Origin: a virus | Length of the DNA stretch: 64,000 nt | Virus record (IMG/VR): IMGVR_UViG_3300043411_002463 | Coordinates: 22,751-86,750 of that record | Strand: one strand, 5' to 3' | Shown here: piece after piece, positions 11,401 through 21,211 of the stretch | Layout of the letters: every line of letters starts with the position of its first letter | Position numbering within the stretch: the stretch's first letter is position 1 | The notes under the pieces: generated by a model | The model's input: only the letters and a program-made list of their open reading frames with translations | What the model was told of the DNA's origin: nothing | Databases searched by the model: none | Program-made: the position numbers and the translations under genes

Positions 11401-11643
11401 TCTGATACAATCATTCAAAACGTTAAAGATGCCGTTACAAGCAAGCTTAATATCAACGTATTAAATGGTATAATTGATAGTTCTGATTTGGAGCTAGTGG
11501 CTGGTTCAATTTCAGGAGTTGATCGTGTTAGAGTAACATACTTTAATAAAACTGGCGTTGCGGGTTCTGTGTTAAGTATTGTTGCTAATAAAAAACAAAG
11601 TATATTTGCAAATAATGTTTCTATAATACAAGAATCAAGATAA
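8413..11643 (+). CDS. Baseplate J-like wedge protein (gp6/GpJ) with large insertion
   Basis: DVKPGSSARD, FGITKPTGKKATG, VEATATGTQGN and FSNGSSAASDASF are typical baseplate-J motifs; J-like C-terminus (VDVTMKI...ISGVDRVRV). Confidence 0.8.
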   Translation: MAKIRSTSEIIRDFLDFYRVAQPALDVKPGSSARDVLVDGPSTQLGVCYDELSKLKTNLSPVTSYGQNFENWAKNFGITKPTGKKATGFALLLFNNIETDIALRAGDLVYAKNGSSFIIKNSLVLTSTKESYYKSIVNKYKSDLDTLGFTEIYGIEVLVEATATGTQGNISRFSLKSTNITGINSITNVSPFSNGSSAASDASFKNYFMASFNGSVSGTSVGYTNKVKENSAVIDVVSVESGDDLMTRDGTIVSVAENGTRTIVSDGTGGKTDIIVLGATLQQGTDSYIYKDKSNQDDPTNSKNDYVLGQISGDENKTFNKKRKDNVKKGIVPNQPVYNLVSLSGSLSGSNFKEKTTDNLGRVSGNYELVKDTGSFADSVWGFDKIHFISNKISDLPEDKTKETFNGQDPLGYTDLLEVKKITQNIVITNENSQVQSTDKSYIQLNHFPVSSVTRVFNVTTGERYVVTSQNPDGSGELNETGRIKISGKSLPAVSDILQVDYVWNYSFDPYWDCDNIVFSDNYRDVTDSIDWGYSNLVRRELSVLSTSGSYLNASVTHNISSVIKVNVFSSEETTVTLVSNRKAIVLSNTISNIESVQKISNKSELWNTIKDDGTLSGLTAYLPSDTIAEVGDAVSVIYNATDVYGTTGTVSNNTINIVPSDYATAGTLVECTYLANINTLLPATSLSNLPVIRNNNQFTLNNLAVLGNQPTSHLYEDSIVVKNLRLAPSHLLLNLLGAVSTGVLTVTGTSIKKIENVVFTASKNGLTQDLSAAIKKSLGLTSIESISSNIKVCRLVKLEKIKASSVSEYISTINSFDIKGYYLLDNTFTKNEAVYDVNLSKTQITLPSTENNIDNTISIGDKLLVTCYISEDSSSENIYFSKSGSIYTNKKYLTIDSITISSGFNSSNALNSVLTISNFNQPLTKSRYKVYYDYLAPKTNERITINYNYNKLIGDSQLNLEKTIHLNDDILIKQCENILVDVTMKIVIDADSLNFSDTIIQNVKDAVTSKLNINVLNGIIDSSDLELVAGSISGVDRVRVTYFNKTGVAGSVLSIVANKKQSIFANNVSIIQESR

Positions 11644-11644
11644 A

Positions 11645-14600
11645 ATGGCAATTTTAAGCATAAAAAAATATTCTTTAGTTTCACCAACTAAGATTAGAAT
11701 AGAGTTTTCTGATAGTGTTAATGCATTAATTAACACATCCAATTTTAATATTGTTTCAAATAATTCTTCTTTTTCTAACCCAATATTATATAATGTTAAA
11801 GTAAATAAAAATATTGTTGACTTAACAGTTTCGCCATTATATTCATATAATATTTATTCACTTTATTGTCTAGATGGAAACATAAAGTTTTCAAATATTA
11901 ACAGTACATTATTTTTACCAAATAATAATTCAACTAATGTTATTAAGTTCATTGGTCCAGTTGATTCAGAAAATCAATTTAGAACAAATTTGATTAGAGA
12001 TTTATCAAATAATGTTTATTCTTTGGAAGATGGTAATTTAATTACTGATACAATTAATATAATTGCAGATCAAATTAATAAATTATATAATGATATTAAA
12101 CAAACTGGTAATGAAATATTTCTTGAAAAAATTATAGAAAATGAGAAGAAAGTTAGAGGGATTGGTCCAACTGACGCTCTCAATGAAAAAGGTGCTTATA
12201 AAATAATTAAAGTTTCTAAAGAAATAGAAGGAACTGTTAAAGTTAAAGAGCAAGAAATTTCAGAAATGCCTGCAAGTCCAATAACATTGCAAGCAGTCAC
12301 AATTTCTCAAGAAAAATTAATTTCTGGAACATCAAACTCTACATTTAATGGTCTACTACTAACATTAGCCAAAAATAATGTTACCAAAGTAAAAACCATA
12401 ACAATAAAGTATTTTAATGGAAGTACTTATTCTTATTCAATAGAATCATTAGGTTATACTATTAAAGACAATAGATATGATCAAGAATATGCATCAAGTT
12501 ATCAATTATTAGAATCAAACCAGGTTCAGCTTTCTACATTATTGTTAGAAGATGAAAACTTTACAGTTTTAACATCACTAGATTATATTTTAATAACTTA
12601 CGAATATAAGAATGTTGGACAAACAATTGTTGAAGATTCAGTTGATGTTTATTATATAGAATATCAATCAAGTGAAGTTATCAGTCCAATAGTAACCACT
12701 TTTGCCTTAAAATATTATCCTGTAGTTGATTCTTTGGGAAATATTATTAAAAAAGATGGTGTTTCATTTTTAGATCCAGAAGCAAATCCTCCTTTTTCAT
12801 CAACACATCCTGCGTTTACAACTGAACTAGAGTTTAATTTAGAAAGCTTACCAAAAACATTTGGTGAATATACTATAAATTATGAAACTGGTGAAGTAAT
12901 TGTTTATGGAGCAATTAAAAATGATGGCACTGGAGATTTCCCACCATTAGCAACATATTATTATAAGTTTTCTTATGATAACGAATTAGATTACATTTAT
13001 GATAATCAAAATTATGAAGTTGTACGTTCGCCTATTAGAGATTTAGAAGGTGAAAGTGTAACAATTGCTTGTCAATATTACCAAAATCTAATTGAAAATG
13101 AAGATTTTATTGCTAACATTCACAAAGAAGTTATTAATGAAAGAATAGAAAATAGATTATTATCAAATACAAGCTTGCGCGTACAAAACCCTGGTGTAAC
13201 AAATGTTTTTAGAATTTATAATGAAACGTCCGGGGAAATATATAAATTAGATAGATTTAATAATGATAAAGTTTATTTTAATGTTAATAATTCTCCAAGA
13301 GTAGAAAAAATATCTCAAGAAAGATGTTCTTTTACAACAGTTGATAATGAAATTGTTTTAGTACAAGAAGAATATCTAAATGCCAATAACATTAAAATAT
13401 TTGAAATACATTTAAATAACTCCTTAATAATATCTGCAACCGAAGATAGTATAGGATCTAGTTTTAATAGTAGTGTTTCTTTCAGTAACTCAAACATCTT
13501 TGGAAAAGAAATATATTTTAGCTCTGCAATATCATTAGATAATAACATTGATAGACTTGATTTAAATCAATACCAAATAGATTATAATAATGGTATTATT
13601 TATTTGGCAACAGATAGTGTTGATTATCAATTGGGAACTGTTAATTATAAAAAATCATTTATCAAAACAGGTCAAGATAATATTATCTCTGTAGATAAAA
13701 TATATTCATCAATAGATAACATTAATATTGATAAGGTTTACAATTTTAGTTCTTATTCAGCATTTGAAATTACATTTACTAATTTAGAAGAGTCAGATGA
13801 AAGATTTGATAGTTATGGAAATTTGTATATTTATGATTCTAATACTGTTTTAGTAAAAGATGATATTAAATCTATCAGAGGTTTGTACGATCATAGTGAT
13901 TTATTAACAAATGATAGCCCAATCAATTTTGCAGAAAATTGTACCTTTGACGCTAACTTAATTCAAGTAAATGAAATTTTTAAACAAGAACAATATACTG
14001 TTGAGTCAGGATTAGTAATAAATATTAACCAAGCCAGTGTTGGAATTGATTTAAATAGCGTAATTTCTGTAAAAAGAATAAGTGATGATACAGAGTTATA
14101 CACTGGAAGTTCTTCTTTTGTAAATTATCAAATAACATTAGATGCTCTTAGTGGTGCTGTTGCAGGCGACGAAATTGTTGTAATTTATGGATTATTACCA
14201 AATGGAAGTTTTGGTGTTGTAGTAGATTATGATCGTGGTGAGTTGTTTGTAGATTATACTTATCTTTTTGATGAAATTTTAGTTACATATGAGTATGGTA
14301 GTGATTCTTTGGACTTTGCACAATCAACTACATTAAATACTGGTGATGAATATTATGTAACTTACAAGGTTGGTAGTTTAAGAGATACTCTTTTTGCTAA
14401 TTTTGGTTCTTTAATCGATGTTAATATCATTAAAAACTTTAATACCGAAGTAGATAGAGAGATTTATCGTTCTGTATTGCAGGGTATATTGCAAATGTTT
14501 CCAACGGGTCCTACTAAGGAAGCACTAGGCAATATGGTTAAAAGTGTTACACACATATTCCCAGAAATAATTGAGGCTGCTTTTGAAATATGGTCTCTTG

Positions 14601-17600
14601 GATATAATTATTTGTTTAGAAACAAAATTAAAACAACTGGTGATTTGCAACTAGTACCAGGTAAATTTGACAATGGAGTTTTGGTATCAAATTCTGATGA
14701 TAGCATTTCTTTACCATTAAATTCTAACTTAAAATTAGAACAAGGGTCTTTAAAGTTTTGGGCAATTCCACAATGGGATGGAATTGATAACGATGCAGAA
14801 TTAACATTGTCTTTATATAAAAATGATGTTGCTTTAGATGCTAGCAAAATATTTATAGGTTCAAATTCATATAATCCAACTTTAAAAAACAATTCATTTT
14901 CAATTAGTAAAAGTGAAAATACTACGGGCTTGCCTGCCAAAATTTTTACAGAAACTGGTGTGTTTATTTATTATGATATTGATAATTCATGTTGGAAATT
15001 ATATTCAAAAGATTTAACATCATCTAGTTCAATTTATACTGGAACTATTGAAACAAACGGAGAGTTTTATAATTCAAAGTGGATTCCAGGGTTGAAAGAA
15101 TTGAATGATATTTTAAGAACATTTAATAATAAGATTGAGTTTAAGTTTAATATTGATTCTTCTGATGCAAGTTCGCCTGATGGATATGTAGATGGTTATT
15201 CATTAATTGACGGATATTCTCCAGCCGAAGGATATCAAGTTGGATATTCTTATGATGGTATTCAATTTATGTCAGATAAATATCATTATTTCTTTGATTT
15301 TGGTCAAGAAAAGAATAAAAATAGATTTTCTTTATTTAAAGATGGCTCTGGCTATTTAACTTTTAAAGTTATTGATAAAAACTCTACAGCTTCAACAGTA
15401 AGTTATGATGTTTCTGGTTGGAAAAATGGTGAAAAACATTTTATTGGTTTAAGTTGGCGCCTAAATTCATCTGATAATCGTGATGAAATGCATATGTTTG
15501 TTGATGGTTTTGAAGTGCCAAATATACTTTCTTATGGAAGCAGACCAGTATCAACATTAACAGATAGGTTTAGAACAGTTAAGCCAGAATATTTGTTAGC
15601 ATCATTAGAAAAAGATATATTGTTAAAAAATGATTTAACAACAACCGCGGGAAGTAATATTGTCACTGCTGTTACAAACTTTTCAGCATTTAATATTTCA
15701 CCCGGTGATAAAATTGAAATATTAGATCAAAATTTAGGTGAATTTATTATAGGTTCAATTTCTGGTCAACAATTGGCTCTTACAACCAATGTACCATCAA
15801 CCATTACAAATGCAAAATATACAATTAATCCATATTCTGTTCAAGTCAGTTCCCAAATATCTTTATATAAAAACATTATAGTTTCTTTGTTAAGAAACGG
15901 TGAAGAGATTGAATTAGCAGGATTAAATGCAAACACTCCAGGTTATGAAATAAGTCAAAATTTATTCAACCAAGATACTTTGAAAGTATTGGGAGATGCA
16001 TTAACTGGCGATCAATTAATTATCAGAACTTTAGGTAAAAACTTTAGAAGAATTAGAGAGAATACATATTTATGGAATTCTACTAATTTAATTAAAACAC
16101 AATTACCACCACCTATAAATCTAGATGAAGTTAATATTTATAAAATAATATTAAACAAAACAAGCATAGGACCAACAAATTCAACCTTAAGTCTAGGAGT
16201 ATTTACTTCTAATATGTTGACTTGTCAACAAACAACAAATTCAACTGAAGGTCGAACTTTAGAAGTTACTATTGTTGGTGGAAATACTGATTTTACAACT
16301 CCTGTAACTGTAACTATTAATGGTACTACAAATGGAGTCCCAGTCTTTGAAACATTAACTTTTAGCGAAGCAGGAACACAAAAAACTGCTCTAAAATTCA
16401 AAACAATTACTGGAACACAAGTAATTTGTAAACCATATAATACATCAAAAAACTCTGTAGTAGTTTCAATAAAAGAAGCTTATTCTGTGATTTATCCAGA
16501 TGCAAATACAAGCTATCCCGTGTTAAGATTTGTTTATAAAACACAACATGGAACTTCATTGCAAGGAGATGGTTCTACAACTGTAGTTGATAGTAGTGGA
16601 TATTTTATTGATTCTAATATAGATCAAGCTTTAGTAATAACATCTCCAGGTTCGGTTGCTGGAACATACAATATAGAATCCAGAAGTGATACAAATACAA
16701 TTGTTTTAGATAATCCAACTGGAACAGCTTTTACCAGTGGAATTTATGATATTTATAACATTTCATTATCGAGATCTGGTTTCCAAAATGGTTACTTTTA
16801 CTTCCAGACAGCTGGTGGAGTTAATGAAAATTATAATTTACCATCTGGAGATTATTTGTTTGATTATTCAACATATTTATCTTTGAAGTTCGATCCAATT
16901 AGACAGGAACAAATTTATATAGGTTCAGATTTCAATAAAGAAAAACAAGCCAATGCAGTTATTGATGAATTGCATATACTAGATGTAATGCTTTCAGATG
17001 TTCGTGTTGGAGAAAGTGCCAAACAATCTTTTACAACAGATTTTACTAAACTAAGACCAGTCAAAAAAGACAAAAACACATTACTGTTATTGAATTTTGA
17101 TGAAAAACCATTTGTTAATAAGGCAGATTTTTGGGTAAATTCAAGCAAGCAATATTTACAATCTGATTTTTCAGTCAATGAAAAATTTGACAAATGTTTA
17201 GTTATAAATGATAAACCTTTAGTGATTGAAAATAAAGGATATTTAACAACAAAATCTGAAGGAACTATTGAGTTTTGGGTTTCACCAAAATATGATACAG
17301 GTAATGATCCAGTAAGAAGATATTATTTTGATGCCAGCTCTTCTTTAAGTACAGAAATTCAAAGTACAAGCAAAGCAACAATTATTCTACCAACAAAAAT
17401 AAAAGAAATATTATCTGTTAAGGTTAAAAATGGAGAGGTAGAGTATTCTGATGGCGCAACCATTGCGGCTGATGGTAAAACAATTAATTTAAAGAAACAA
17501 TTACCATATCAAAAGACAAATGTTGTAGTTTCTTATATTCAACATGGAACGAATGGTGATAGATTATCAATCTTTAAAGATTCAGATGGATTTATAACCT

Positions 17601-18256
17601 TTTATGTTAGTGCTTCTGGTTATGAATATGAAGTTCGTCAACCTATTTTCTGGGAAAGAGATAGCTGGCATAGAATAAAAGCAACTTTCAAATTCAACAG
17701 AAAAGATAATAAAGATGAAATTAGACTTTTTGTTGATGGGGAAGAACGTGGTACTATAAGGTTCGGTCAAGGCTTCTTGTTTAGCGAAAGCATTATATTC
17801 GGTCAAGGCTTTGTAGGAGTTAACAATTCTATATTAATTGATGATATTAACTTTAAAGATTCAATTAATGAATTTTATATTGGTTCTGATTTTGCAAAAG
17901 CAAGTAAGTCTCATTGTAGAATTGATAATTTCAAAATTAGTAATAAAGCTAAAAATGGCTTTTTGATTGCTGGTCAATATAAGGATGTAAATTATAGTTC
18001 TAATTTAGACATCATTTATCCATCTATTGAAGACTTGTACACAACTTATTTATTAGATTTTAACAAAATATTTGAAAAAAATACTGATTTTACCTTACTT
18101 CATGACCCATATTATGGAATTTTTAATTTCAAAATTAACATAATTGATTCTTTTAAAGTTCTAGCTAATGACATCATTGCTAAAAACATGTTGGAAGCAG
18201 CTTTAAAGGCATTTAAGCCAAGTAAATCTAAAATGACGCTCAATTATCTAACATAA
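11645..18256 (+). CDS. Giant baseplate/tail protein (2203 aa) with GpI/gp7-like segment and two LamG/concanavalin-A-like domains
   Basis: LFANFGSLI...YRSVLQGILQMFPTGPTKEALGNMV is GpI-like. Paired motifs GSLKFW/GTIEFW, FSLFKDGSGYLTF/LSIFKDSDGFITF, MFVDG/LFVDG and YIGSD...IDEL/IDNF are LamG-like. Follows baseplate J. Confidence 0.65.
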   Translation: MAILSIKKYSLVSPTKIRIEFSDSVNALINTSNFNIVSNNSSFSNPILYNVKVNKNIVDLTVSPLYSYNIYSLYCLDGNIKFSNINSTLFLPNNNSTNVIKFIGPVDSENQFRTNLIRDLSNNVYSLEDGNLITDTINIIADQINKLYNDIKQTGNEIFLEKIIENEKKVRGIGPTDALNEKGAYKIIKVSKEIEGTVKVKEQEISEMPASPITLQAVTISQEKLISGTSNSTFNGLLLTLAKNNVTKVKTITIKYFNGSTYSYSIESLGYTIKDNRYDQEYASSYQLLESNQVQLSTLLLEDENFTVLTSLDYILITYEYKNVGQTIVEDSVDVYYIEYQSSEVISPIVTTFALKYYPVVDSLGNIIKKDGVSFLDPEANPPFSSTHPAFTTELEFNLESLPKTFGEYTINYETGEVIVYGAIKNDGTGDFPPLATYYYKFSYDNELDYIYDNQNYEVVRSPIRDLEGESVTIACQYYQNLIENEDFIANIHKEVINERIENRLLSNTSLRVQNPGVTNVFRIYNETSGEIYKLDRFNNDKVYFNVNNSPRVEKISQERCSFTTVDNEIVLVQEEYLNANNIKIFEIHLNNSLIISATEDSIGSSFNSSVSFSNSNIFGKEIYFSSAISLDNNIDRLDLNQYQIDYNNGIIYLATDSVDYQLGTVNYKKSFIKTGQDNIISVDKIYSSIDNINIDKVYNFSSYSAFEITFTNLEESDERFDSYGNLYIYDSNTVLVKDDIKSIRGLYDHSDLLTNDSPINFAENCTFDANLIQVNEIFKQEQYTVESGLVININQASVGIDLNSVISVKRISDDTELYTGSSSFVNYQITLDALSGAVAGDEIVVIYGLLPNGSFGVVVDYDRGELFVDYTYLFDEILVTYEYGSDSLDFAQSTTLNTGDEYYVTYKVGSLRDTLFANFGSLIDVNIIKNFNTEVDREIYRSVLQGILQMFPTGPTKEALGNMVKSVTHIFPEIIEAAFEIWSLGYNYLFRNKIKTTGDLQLVPGKFDNGVLVSNSDDSISLPLNSNLKLEQGSLKFWAIPQWDGIDNDAELTLSLYKNDVALDASKIFIGSNSYNPTLKNNSFSISKSENTTGLPAKIFTETGVFIYYDIDNSCWKLYSKDLTSSSSIYTGTIETNGEFYNSKWIPGLKELNDILRTFNNKIEFKFNIDSSDASSPDGYVDGYSLIDGYSPAEGYQVGYSYDGIQFMSDKYHYFFDFGQEKNKNRFSLFKDGSGYLTFKVIDKNSTASTVSYDVSGWKNGEKHFIGLSWRLNSSDNRDEMHMFVDGFEVPNILSYGSRPVSTLTDRFRTVKPEYLLASLEKDILLKNDLTTTAGSNIVTAVTNFSAFNISPGDKIEILDQNLGEFIIGSISGQQLALTTNVPSTITNAKYTINPYSVQVSSQISLYKNIIVSLLRNGEEIELAGLNANTPGYEISQNLFNQDTLKVLGDALTGDQLIIRTLGKNFRRIRENTYLWNSTNLIKTQLPPPINLDEVNIYKIILNKTSIGPTNSTLSLGVFTSNMLTCQQTTNSTEGRTLEVTIVGGNTDFTTPVTVTINGTTNGVPVFETLTFSEAGTQKTALKFKTITGTQVICKPYNTSKNSVVVSIKEAYSVIYPDANTSYPVLRFVYKTQHGTSLQGDGSTTVVDSSGYFIDSNIDQALVITSPGSVAGTYNIESRSDTNTIVLDNPTGTAFTSGIYDIYNISLSRSGFQNGYFYFQTAGGVNENYNLPSGDYLFDYSTYLSLKFDPIRQEQIYIGSDFNKEKQANAVIDELHILDVMLSDVRVGESAKQSFTTDFTKLRPVKKDKNTLLLLNFDEKPFVNKADFWVNSSKQYLQSDFSVNEKFDKCLVINDKPLVIENKGYLTTKSEGTIEFWVSPKYDTGNDPVRRYYFDASSSLSTEIQSTSKATIILPTKIKEILSVKVKNGEVEYSDGATIAADGKTINLKKQLPYQKTNVVVSYIQHGTNGDRLSIFKDSDGFITFYVSASGYEYEVRQPIFWERDSWHRIKATFKFNRKDNKDEIRLFVDGEERGTIRFGQGFLFSESIIFGQGFVGVNNSILIDDINFKDSINEFYIGSDFAKASKSHCRIDNFKISNKAKNGFLIAGQYKDVNYSSNLDIIYPSIEDLYTTYLLDFNKIFEKNTDFTLLHDPYYGIFNFKINIIDSFKVLANDIIAKNMLEAALKAFKPSKSKMTLNYLT

Positions 18257-18260
18257 TAAT

Positions 18261-21197
18261 ATGACTATAAGACCAGACGTTTCTTTGATTAAAAATAATT
18301 TTCGAGACTCTTTGCAAATCTCTCAAACTGAATTGCAAGTAGAGCAAGATTACTATGATGGAAAAATCAAATCAGTAATTGATAATCATATAGGCTCTGG
18401 TGTATTATTAGAATCTCTTACAGATAATATAATTTTTAACTCAGATGAATTAACAGAAGTTCAAACTGGTTATATTTCTTCTAATACCTTCGACGGACGT
18501 GGTATTAGCCCACTAGTCCAACCCACAGATGTTAATTTAGGAAATCAACTTGAAATAACATTGTCTGAGTCAAGTGCTGTTGGTAGACATAGTGTAAAAA
18601 TTTCAATTGTTGGTCTTGATTTTAATGGAGAATTAATTCAAGAAAAGTTTTATTTTTATACTAATGAAACTCAAGTAACTTCAAAACATTTTGCTAAAGT
18701 TTTATCTCTATTTTTTAATGATTTCAAAGGAAATGATAATTGTTCTAGAAATTTGGGCGGAACTATAGTTATTAAAGAATCTAAATCTTTCCAAATATCT
18801 AGAGACCCAATTATGATAGCTCAAGATGTTGAGCCGGATTTTTTTTGGCGCGATTTTAAGAAATATACTATATCTTTAACTTTGGAACAAGTTATTCAAG
18901 AAGGCATTGGTTCTGAATATTCAGTTGATGGTTTGAATATCAATACTACTGGTATTAGCAATCAAGAACTTTTAGCTAATGATGTATCTTCTCAAATTGG
19001 TGAGAAATTTTATGCAAATACAGATAATATTCAAAAAATAACTATGTTATTGTCTGTATCATCAGATGATAGTGCTGCAGAAGCAAACAAATATGATTGG
19101 TCAGGAGATCTTGTAATTTCAGTATATAAATTACAAACCAGTGTACTGTGTGATGCTGATATTATTCCAGATTTAGCAATTGATTTTGATCCAAATCCAG
19201 TTTCATTAGCACAAGTTTCTTTTAATCAAGCATCACTTAAAGAAAATGGTTATGTTTTAACAGATGTATTGCAACCAGTTGATTTTGTATTCAGTGATAG
19301 TAAAATTGGTAAGGCTAGTGGAGTTGAGGTAGGAAAATATTATGCCGTTTCTATTCAAAGAAATGGCTCTGCTGCTACTGGAAATATTTACATAGGAACT
19401 GGCAATAACAATTCAGTTTATAATAGATTAACTGTATTTTCTGGAACAGAATGGGTTGATGTCGAAGATTCTTCTATTTGGTATCAAGTTTGGACTGATG
19501 CAATTAAAATAACTTCCGGAAAAGGTTATGATTCTGGTACAGGAATTCAAATTGATAAAACAAAACAAATAGTTGATAGTTCATCAGCTAGCATTGCAAT
19601 TGTTGATAATGAAGAAAAAAATTATTCATTCAGTGATACTGGTTTTAACACTGTTAATATTGCATTAGTTCAAGCCGTATTAGAATTAACATCTGAAGAA
19701 CAAGATCAATTAACTGGAAATTATGTTGAATCAAAAAATAAATATAATCCAGCATTAAGTTTAATTTCTCAATCAGAATTAACAACATTACAAACAACAA
19801 GCAATCCATTTATAGTTGGTTGTGTAAAAGATGTTAATCCAAAATTAAATTCAACCTTAGAAAAAACTTATTCAATTCCAGGATTGGCACGGGGAGATAA
19901 TTTTTGTATATTAAATCCAGATGCTGATCTAATCTCTTTAAATTTAGTAGGAAGTGTATTAACTCCAAACAAAGATACTAACTTTAAATACAAAATTGTC
20001 AAAGCTACATATTGTACAGATGGTTATGGTGATGTTAATGGCGATGGCGAAATTGATGATCTGGACATTACATTAGCAACATCATTAATAGGAGAAAGTT
20101 TATATTTTTCAAGTACAGTTAATAAAATTAATGATGGTACTATTGATGTTTTACAATTATTAAGAGCTGACGTTGATAATGATGGTTATGTAACTTCAAA
20201 TGATGTTGATGCAATTACAAGCTATGTAAACAAGTTAGTTAATTCATTTACAGCGGGTACTTCATTCTCTCATATGTGTTTAGAAGTACAGCCATTAACT
20301 GGTAGATTTGATGGCTATTATGATTGTACAGATGGATATGTTAGATTAGATGGCTATGGACAAGTGGGTTCTATTTCGACTGGAGAATTATCAACCGAAG
20401 AAATTTTGTATCAAGGAAGTAATGTCGTTCCTATTTTACAACTAGACTCAACTTTAACAGTGGTTCCATTTGTTTCAAAAACATTTCAAATAACGCCAAA
20501 ACCATATTGGCAGCCTTGGCAATTGCTATTGTCTAGCTCTGCTCGATATGTACAAGCTAGTTTTACCTATGCAGATTCTCTTACTGAACGTTCTTGTAGC
20601 ACAACAGCAGCCTCATTATGTTCTGCTCAATTTACCGATGTACCAACTGTAGAACCTGGTAGAAATGATACTTTAATTCCAGGCAATATCATTATTGATA
20701 AAGGTGCTCTATTAAATCTTGATGGAACTTTATATAAACAAGATTTAGAGATTAAGACAATTGAGTTGCGTTTACCAATCACAGAATTATCAGAATCTAA
20801 AATAAACATTTTTGAGAAGTTATTGGTTGATAAGGGTGACGGCAAAACGTTTGCTGAGTATCCTGCTGCTAAATACTATGATTGTTCAACTGTTCAACCA
20901 GAAGATTTGGCGCTAAATAAAGTGAAATTTGAAGTTGCTATTCAATCCATTTATAAAGTTGTTGATGGCTATGATTCAAGTTACGAATATGTCGTAATTA
21001 ATAATCCAAACATTGGTGTAAAGATGGATAATTCTACTGGAATTTTAACACTAAATGTTTCCGATGTTGACTTGGACAATATTAAAGAAACTTTAATTAC
21101 AAAAATTTCAGTTAATATTTATTTAAAGAAAGCTGGATTTAACAACACACATCTTATAATTCCGCCTGAATCTATAGCTGGATTAATTTCTAGCTGA
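18261..21197 (+). CDS. Virion structural protein with type-I dockerin-like duplicated Ca-binding repeat
   Basis: YGDVNGDGEIDDLDITLA ... RADVDNDGYVTSNDVDAI. Last gene of the structural block. Confidence 0.6.
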   Translation: MTIRPDVSLIKNNFRDSLQISQTELQVEQDYYDGKIKSVIDNHIGSGVLLESLTDNIIFNSDELTEVQTGYISSNTFDGRGISPLVQPTDVNLGNQLEITLSESSAVGRHSVKISIVGLDFNGELIQEKFYFYTNETQVTSKHFAKVLSLFFNDFKGNDNCSRNLGGTIVIKESKSFQISRDPIMIAQDVEPDFFWRDFKKYTISLTLEQVIQEGIGSEYSVDGLNINTTGISNQELLANDVSSQIGEKFYANTDNIQKITMLLSVSSDDSAAEANKYDWSGDLVISVYKLQTSVLCDADIIPDLAIDFDPNPVSLAQVSFNQASLKENGYVLTDVLQPVDFVFSDSKIGKASGVEVGKYYAVSIQRNGSAATGNIYIGTGNNNSVYNRLTVFSGTEWVDVEDSSIWYQVWTDAIKITSGKGYDSGTGIQIDKTKQIVDSSSASIAIVDNEEKNYSFSDTGFNTVNIALVQAVLELTSEEQDQLTGNYVESKNKYNPALSLISQSELTTLQTTSNPFIVGCVKDVNPKLNSTLEKTYSIPGLARGDNFCILNPDADLISLNLVGSVLTPNKDTNFKYKIVKATYCTDGYGDVNGDGEIDDLDITLATSLIGESLYFSSTVNKINDGTIDVLQLLRADVDNDGYVTSNDVDAITSYVNKLVNSFTAGTSFSHMCLEVQPLTGRFDGYYDCTDGYVRLDGYGQVGSISTGELSTEEILYQGSNVVPILQLDSTLTVVPFVSKTFQITPKPYWQPWQLLLSSSARYVQASFTYADSLTERSCSTTAASLCSAQFTDVPTVEPGRNDTLIPGNIIIDKGALLNLDGTLYKQDLEIKTIELRLPITELSESKINIFEKLLVDKGDGKTFAEYPAAKYYDCSTVQPEDLALNKVKFEVAIQSIYKVVDGYDSSYEYVVINNPNIGVKMDNSTGILTLNVSDVDLDNIKETLITKISVNIYLKKAGFNNTHLIIPPESIAGLISS

Positions 21198-21211
21198 TAT
21201 AGATTTGGTTA

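Noticed and set aside
15179-15259. DNA tandem repeat, DGR variable region or mini-CRISPR at the DGY cluster
   Set aside because: Codons and spacing vary, there are no identical DNA repeats, and no reverse transcriptase or cas gene is in the window.
1-21197. Extracellular contractile injection system or T6SS locus
   Set aside because: It is contiguous with phage-type replication, RNR, ligase and sigma genes, which fits a large phage better.
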